From: an uncultured virus (IMG/VR IMGVR_UViG_3300027763_002034)
Taxonomy: Duplodnaviria; Heunggongvirae; Uroviricota; Caudoviricetes
Strand: one strand, 5' to 3'
IMG/VR virus record: IMGVR_UViG_3300027763_002034
Coordinates: 1 to 64,000 of that record
DNA: 64,000 nucleotides
This document shows positions 59,848 to 64,000 of the stretch, piece after piece (positions within the stretch are counted from its first letter, which is position 1; every line of letters begins with the position of its first letter). The translations under genes and the position numbers were made by a program. The notes beneath the pieces are model-generated. The model saw only the letters and a list, made by a program, of their open reading frames with translations. It was not told the DNA's origin and did not search any database.

Positions 59848-60495
59848 TTACTTTTCAAATAATTTGGTTATTAGTTTATCTGCCGACTTTTTCAAAGCAT
59901 TACTTAAAGATGTTTGATTGAATTGACCACCTTCATCCACGATTAATGTTGACATGGATATTTCTGAAGATGATTCTTCTACCATTATTTCTTTTTCTTT
60001 CTTACCATCCTTATATAAAATTCCTTTCATACGAATGACAACTTCTTCTTCATTTTTGTGAAAAACCGAAATGTTCTTTTTTGTTGTAAGAACGTCTAAA
60101 TAAACGATTTGAACTTTTAATTTGTACGGAGCCGACGGTGTCAAATCATACCCCTTCTCTTGTAAGAATTCTTCCAATGTGTTTTTAACACCGAAAGCTA
60201 AATTTCTATTACCTGCCAATTTACCCATCTTAACTTCATTGGTAACACTTTCAACCCAAATATGGTCTTCAGCATTGTATAATATATTTTCAGGTGAGTT
60301 CTTGAACGTACCGTCAATCCTCCACATAATCCAATTTGACACATCTCTTGTTATTTCTCTTTGACCTGAAAATTCCAAAACCGCCATTGATATCGCAAAC
60401 AAAAGTGCGAATATAATCCATAATAAAAACAAGGATAAAAATACCTGTGCTAATTTTTCTTTAATGTTAACCGATAATGTTCTTAATTTTTCCAT
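59848..60495 (-). CDS. Membrane-anchored protein with CsgG/LptE-like alpha-beta domain
   Basis: N-terminal TM; FGVKNTLEEFLQ, FNQTSLSNALKK resembling the CsgG-like paralogue (FNQSTISIATKK). Confidence 0.55.
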   Translation of the reverse strand: MEKLRTLSVNIKEKLAQVFLSLFLLWIIFALLFAISMAVLEFSGQREITRDVSNWIMWRIDGTFKNSPENILYNAEDHIWVESVTNEVKMGKLAGNRNLAFGVKNTLEEFLQEKGYDLTPSAPYKLKVQIVYLDVLTTKKNISVFHKNEEEVVIRMKGILYKDGKKEKEIMVEESSSEISMSTLIVDEGGQFNQTSLSNALKKSADKLITKLFEK

Positions 60496-60518
60496 AATGT
60501 TCCGAGTTTTTAATTCCC

Positions 60519-60548
60519 TCAGAACCACATATTATAATAATATGTCAT
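60519..60548 (-). CDS. Putative 9-aa leader peptide MTYYYNMWF
   Basis: uORF between TATTTAT motif (60584-90) and first gene of the cluster. Confidence 0.35.
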   Translation of the reverse strand: MTYYYNMWF

Positions 60549-60578
60549 ATCTTGAGAGAGATACGTTTATTTTTTGTC
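60548..60578. repeat. 31-bp direct repeat of 46596..46626 (27/31 identical)
   Basis: TATCTTGAGAGAGATACGTTTATTTTTTGTC vs TATCAGGAGAGAGGTACATTTATTTTTTGTC. Confidence 0.85.
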
Positions 60579-60681
60579 TGTTTATAAATACTTTACTTTA
60601 ATGGACTGACAATAGTCATTTATTATTTTTTAAAATAATTTCGTATATTCATATATATTTATTATCTTTGTAAAACAATAA

Positions 60682-60754
60682 GCCTTCTTAGCTCAGCAGG
60701 TAGAGCGCGAAATTTGTAATTTCGATGTCATTGGTTCGATTCCGATAGAAGGCT
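60682..60754 (+). tRNA. tRNA-Thr(TGT)
   Basis: GCCTTCT/AGAAGGC acceptor, CGAAA-TTTGTAA-TTTCG anticodon arm, TTCGATT T-loop. Confidence 0.92.
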
Positions 60755-60756
60755 CA

Positions 60757-60932
60757 ACAGGTGACGACGGTGGTGTAACCCCACTGTCTATGAATCCCAA
60801 AAGATCCGTCTGACTCGCGAGGTAGGGCGGTGAGGGTAGAGTTACTATAAGTCGGGAGTAATTAACCCAATACGAAAATGTAACCGCAGATTATGTCTGT
60901 TATGATGTACATAGATGGTACAAAAAACCTGT
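60757..60932 (+). ncRNA. Candidate multibranch structured RNA
   Basis: Closing ACAGGT/ACCTGT and five internal hairpins; no credible ORF. Confidence 0.55.
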
Positions 60933-60944
60933 AACTTTTTGAAA

Positions 60945-61009
60945 CTAACTCAACGAGGACTTTGTCAACCAGAGCAGTGACTCGGATGGTGCAACTTAAG
61001 GTGAGTTAG
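60945..61009 (+). ncRNA. Candidate small structured RNA
   Basis: Closing CTAACTCA/TGAGTTAG with inner ACC..GAG/CTC..GGT stem. Confidence 0.4.
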
Positions 61010-61035
61010 AATCAAATTTTTTTTGGCTATTAAAA

Positions 61036-61120
61036 TGACACGTTGCCATAGAGGCCGAATGGTCCAGACTGTTAATCTGGTGAGTAAAATCCACCGTAGG
61101 TTCGACTCCTACCGTGTCAG
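61036..61120 (+). tRNA. tRNA-Asn(GTT) with long variable region
   Basis: TGACACG/CGTGTCA, G73, CCAGA-CTGTTAA-TCTGG, GTAGG-TTCGACT-CCTAC. Confidence 0.85.
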
Positions 61121-61129
61121 CAAACAATA

Positions 61130-61202
61130 GGACTTGTAGCTCAGCTGGTAGAGCAAGACACTCATAATGTCGAGGTCGGGGGATCATACCCCTCCGGGTC
61201 CA
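61130..61202 (+). tRNA. tRNA with CAT anticodon (Ile2/lysidine type or Met)
   Basis: GGACTTG/CGGGTCC acceptor, CTCATAA loop, atypical T-loop ATCATAC. Confidence 0.85.
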
Positions 61203-61400
61203 CACGGTTCGGTTGGTCACCGAATAGTATGTCCAATATGAAGAGAAATGGTTTGACGACCATATGGAACTGATGATAGGACAAGGTTCTATTTAGATTG
61301 ACCGTCTACTATAAGGGGTAAATATAGTAACCCAATGGTCTATTCCTAACCTGAAAGGGGACAGCTAAGACACCTGTGAGTTGGATAAATAAAGGTGTCA
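61203..61400 (+). ncRNA. Candidate structured RNA between tRNAs
   Basis: Stems TTCGGT/ACCGAA, TGTCC/GGACA, ATGGT/ACCAT, TACTATA/TATAGTA, CCT-GAAA-GGG, GACACCT/AGGTGTC. Confidence 0.5.
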
Positions 61401-61402
61401 AC

Positions 61403-61486
61403 GGAAGAGTACTTCAGGCGGCCCTGAATCCAGTCTTGAAAACTGTGAGTACTGCAAGGTATGGCGATCGACACGTCACTCTTCCG
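61403..61486 (+). tRNA. tRNA-Ser(TGA) with 8/4, Sec-like fold
   Basis: 8-bp acceptor GGAAGAGT/ACTCTTCC, 6-bp D stem, long V arm, 4-bp T stem, G73. Confidence 0.8.
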
Positions 61487-61529
61487 CACGGGTCTTAGCC
61501 CAAGGAGAAATCTAGAATACTAAGTGGCA

Positions 61530-61554
61530 CCTCGGAAAGACGAGGATTTTTTTT
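61530..61554 (+). terminator. Terminator-like hairpin inside tRNA array
   Basis: CCTCG-GAAAGA-CGAGG + T8. Confidence 0.5.
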
Positions 61555-61626
61555 GATCCTATCGACTAAGGGTTAGGTCACCACCCTTTCACGGTGGTAA
61601 TACGGGTTCGAATCCCGTTGGGAGTA
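61555..61626 (+). tRNA. tRNA-Glu(TTC)
   Basis: CCACC-CTTTCAC-GGTGG, ACGGG-TTCGAAT-CCCGT; acceptor with one mismatch. Confidence 0.9.
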
Positions 61627-61633
61627 CAAATTT

Positions 61634-62296
61634 ATGAGTAAAACTTTATGGACATTCGGAGATTCATTTACACAAGGATTTTGTTGTGTACCGGTTGTGG
61701 GATACCCAATGCCCAAATATTATGAATATAAAAAATTAGGGGAAGATATTTGGTCTAATTTATTAAGTAAATATTTAGGTAACAAATTGATGAATAAAGG
61801 TTTAGCTGGAATTTCCAACGATTCTATAATCGATATAATCATAGATAATTGGGATTACATTAAACCAAATGATATTGTAATAATAGGAATAACCGCTAAT
61901 GTTAGAATTGATGTTCCGATTAGAGAAAATAAAAAATTAAACATTGATAAACCATGTCTGTATTCTATGAGTAATCTTTTAAATTCGGAATTAATGAATG
62001 ATATGACGGAAATAGAAAAAGAAACAATATTCAATTTTCAATACTATTTTTCGAATTCAGTGTTATATCAAGAAAGAAACTTAAAAAGATTTAATTATAT
62101 AAAAAAATTATTAGAATTAAATGGAATTTTAGTGTTTATATGGGAATTGGAAAAAGAAATAAATAAATATGAAACAATATCAACCGCAACAAATGATGTT
62201 ATAAAAGACAATCATTGGTCATTTAAAGGAAATTATGATTTTTGTCAAAATATTATTATGAATTTAAAATTAGAATATAGTACCAAATTAATATAA
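61634..62296 (+). CDS. SGNH/GDSL hydrolase-like protein
   Basis: FGDSFT, G.SND.I, DNHWS..G. Confidence 0.7.
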   Translation: MSKTLWTFGDSFTQGFCCVPVVGYPMPKYYEYKKLGEDIWSNLLSKYLGNKLMNKGLAGISNDSIIDIIIDNWDYIKPNDIVIIGITANVRIDVPIRENKKLNIDKPCLYSMSNLLNSELMNDMTEIEKETIFNFQYYFSNSVLYQERNLKRFNYIKKLLELNGILVFIWELEKEINKYETISTATNDVIKDNHWSFKGNYDFCQNIIMNLKLEYSTKLI

Positions 62297-62304
62297 TAAA
62301 AAAT

Positions 62305-62436
62305 AAGTAGATGACGAAGGATTCAGTAGAAACTGATGAGGCCGTCACACAATATCGGGGTCGGTTATACTTTGGTTTAACCTATACGTGATGTAACCCG
62401 AGGCCAAACCCCTGCTTTGGGTGCTGTCATCTATTT
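62305..62436 (+). ncRNA. Candidate structured RNA
   Basis: Closing AAGTAGATGAC/GTCATCTATTT, inner TCAGT-AGAA-ACTGA, GGCC/GGCC, GGTTA/TAACC. Confidence 0.5.
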
Positions 62437-62482
62437 TACACCATCTCCTTTATTTTTTACGTTTTATTGTATATATTTCAGT

Positions 62483-64000
62483 ATGGCGTATAGAAAAATT
62501 TTATTCATTATTAATAATGAAGAACAAAGAGAATTAGTCACATTTATTGATGATATGTTAGTTAGGTCTGATATTAATTCGAGCGTTTGGTTAATGACAA
62601 ATATTGAAGATTCATTATCCGTCATTAAGGAATATAACCCAAGTCATGTTTTTATTGAGGGTTCTTTTATTAATCCTACCGATTATAATCATCTACCTCA
62701 TACGTTTCCAAAAGTAAAATTTATCATTAGATTATTGAATGATTTGACTTTTACAGATAAAGATAATATTAACTATGATTGGTTACCTGGTTATTATAGT
62801 TTTAATAACACAGTAATTGGTGTTAGTTCAACAAAAACATTTGATAATCTTAAAACATTTTTGAAAATAAAAAATCATTGGGTTGGTGAACAAGGTAGTG
62901 ACAAAGTTCAGTATTTACCAAATTATTACCCTATTGATTTAAAATCAAAAATTTTCAATAGACATAAAGATACTATTGACATTTCTTTTTTCGGGCACAA
63001 TATACCATTAAAAAAATATATTTCAAATGCATTAGTCACTATCAATTTTGTTGATCACATGGACCATAAACAATTAAGATTTTATATCAATTCAAATGAT
63101 CTTAATGAAACAGATTTGGAAACGTTAAAAAATGTTTTTAACGGTTTATATACAAATCCTGAATTGGTTGAATGTAAATGGAAAACAAAAGAGGAATTTA
63201 TTGAGATTTCATCTCAAATTGATATTGCATTAGGAAGTTCATTTTCAAACAATGATAACCTATATGAAATGATTATGGTTAGTCAAGGTACACAATTAAT
63301 TACATCGAATGACATACCTTGGGTAGAAAATTCACATTGTATCGACACCGAAATTATGAACAATATTTTTGTAAAATATGTTAGATTATATGAGGAACCA
63401 TATTCAAATATATTTTCTTGTCAAGGTGGATTAAAAAAACAAATGGACATTAATAGAGATGTGTGGTTGGAATTTCTCTATAAAAATAAAATTGCAATTT
63501 TTATTAATGGTCAATTTAGAGAGTTTGATACTGCGGTAAAATCATGGGGATTTTTAGAGGAATTTGATTATGATATATATGTGTCCACTTGGAGTAAATC
63601 TAAACAAGTAAATAAGAGATTAGATATTGATATTGAAGAAGAGATTACTAGTGATATGATTACTAAACATTTTCCAAATGCAAAAATATCAATTTTAAAT
63701 CAAGATGATTATGAATTTCCTGGTGACGTCACATATCATAATGGTAAACAAATATTTCATTGGAAAAATTGTTTACAGATGTCAAAAGAATCTGGTGTCA
63801 AATATGATCAAATAATGTTAATTAGACCTGACGATTATTTATTCTATAATGAACCATATGAACATTTTTACCATTGTAAAGACGGAAGAATTATTTATGG
63901 TCAATCAAAAATACATATATCACCAAAAATGGAATATTTTCTTCCTGATTATTTTTTCTTCGGTAATTCGGTTCCAATGTCTAAAATGATTGAAACTTTA
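62483..64000 (+). CDS. Two-domain glycosyltransferase-like protein (runs off window end)
   Basis: N-part GT-B-like (LPNYY, DIAL..SFS); second domain KIAIFINGQFR..DIYVSTW..YDQIMLIRPD. Confidence 0.6.
   Translation, partial: MAYRKILFIINNEEQRELVTFIDDMLVRSDINSSVWLMTNIEDSLSVIKEYNPSHVFIEGSFINPTDYNHLPHTFPKVKFIIRLLNDLTFTDKDNINYDWLPGYYSFNNTVIGVSSTKTFDNLKTFLKIKNHWVGEQGSDKVQYLPNYYPIDLKSKIFNRHKDTIDISFFGHNIPLKKYISNALVTINFVDHMDHKQLRFYINSNDLNETDLETLKNVFNGLYTNPELVECKWKTKEEFIEISSQIDIALGSSFSNNDNLYEMIMVSQGTQLITSNDIPWVENSHCIDTEIMNNIFVKYVRLYEEPYSNIFSCQGGLKKQMDINRDVWLEFLYKNKIAIFINGQFREFDTAVKSWGFLEEFDYDIYVSTWSKSKQVNKRLDIDIEEEITSDMITKHFPNAKISILNQDDYEFPGDVTYHNGKQIFHWKNCLQMSKESGVKYDQIMLIRPDDYLFYNEPYEHFYHCKDGRIIYGQSKIHISPKMEYFLPDYFFFGNSVPMSKMIETL

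Noticed and set aside
60996..61220. 74-aa minus-strand ORF
   Set aside because: Antisense to two tRNA genes
61403..61486. tRNA-Sec or opal suppressor
   Set aside because: Anticodon is TGA (Ser), not TCA
61487..61530. HDV-like theta ribozyme 3' of tRNAs
   Set aside because: Could not draw the nested double pseudoknot after any of the five tRNAs
62333..62425. Canonical hammerhead ribozyme
   Set aside because: G12 of GAAA missing, cleavage triplet would be GUG, stem I not adjacent to CUGAUGA; kept only as unknown RNA
1..64000. Stop-codon recoding
   Set aside because: Core genes are full length in the standard code and coding density is high
1..64000. CRISPR array, integrase, transposase, inteins or introns
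   Set aside because: No regularly spaced repeats or such motifs seen; PolB, TerL and capsid are uninterrupted in the visible part

Overview
AT-rich 64-kb segment of a large, T4-like-headed (jumbo/'huge') tailed phage read in the standard genetic code, most likely infecting Bacteroidota (several TTTG-N19-21-TAnnTTTG promoters, no Shine-Dalgarno signals, lipoproteins, DUF4494-like gene). It contains a family-B DNA polymerase (cut by the window start), lectin-domain tail/fibre genes, glycosyltransferases, dUTPase, PhoH, a phage sigma factor, a gp5-like baseplate gene, the head module (major capsid, scaffold, prohead protease, portal, TerL) with an embedded ribosomal protein bS21 gene, a nucleotidyltransferase plus two KTSC genes, Hsp20/ClpC, an RNA-repair module (kinase, Rnl1 ligase, cyclic-phosphate receiver), a 14-kb minus-strand cluster of secreted/outer-membrane proteins (CsgG-like, cohesin/dockerin, lectin/LCCL, beta-barrels, lipoproteins, lipase, FeoA, PspC) and a tRNA array interleaved with unexplained structured RNAs. 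Most striking: (1) the phage-encoded envelope/secretion cluster; (2) a candidate ~65-nt small RNA just downstream of it whose sequence is complementary to the translation-start regions of at least six ORFs of that cluster; (3) a sense-strand TATTTAT putative late promoter, often so close to ATG that mRNAs would be leaderless; (4) recurrent putative capsid-targeting peptides on enzymes; (5) an 8/4-fold tRNA-Ser and several candidate novel ncRNAs. All protein calls come from motif recognition by eye; no searches were run.
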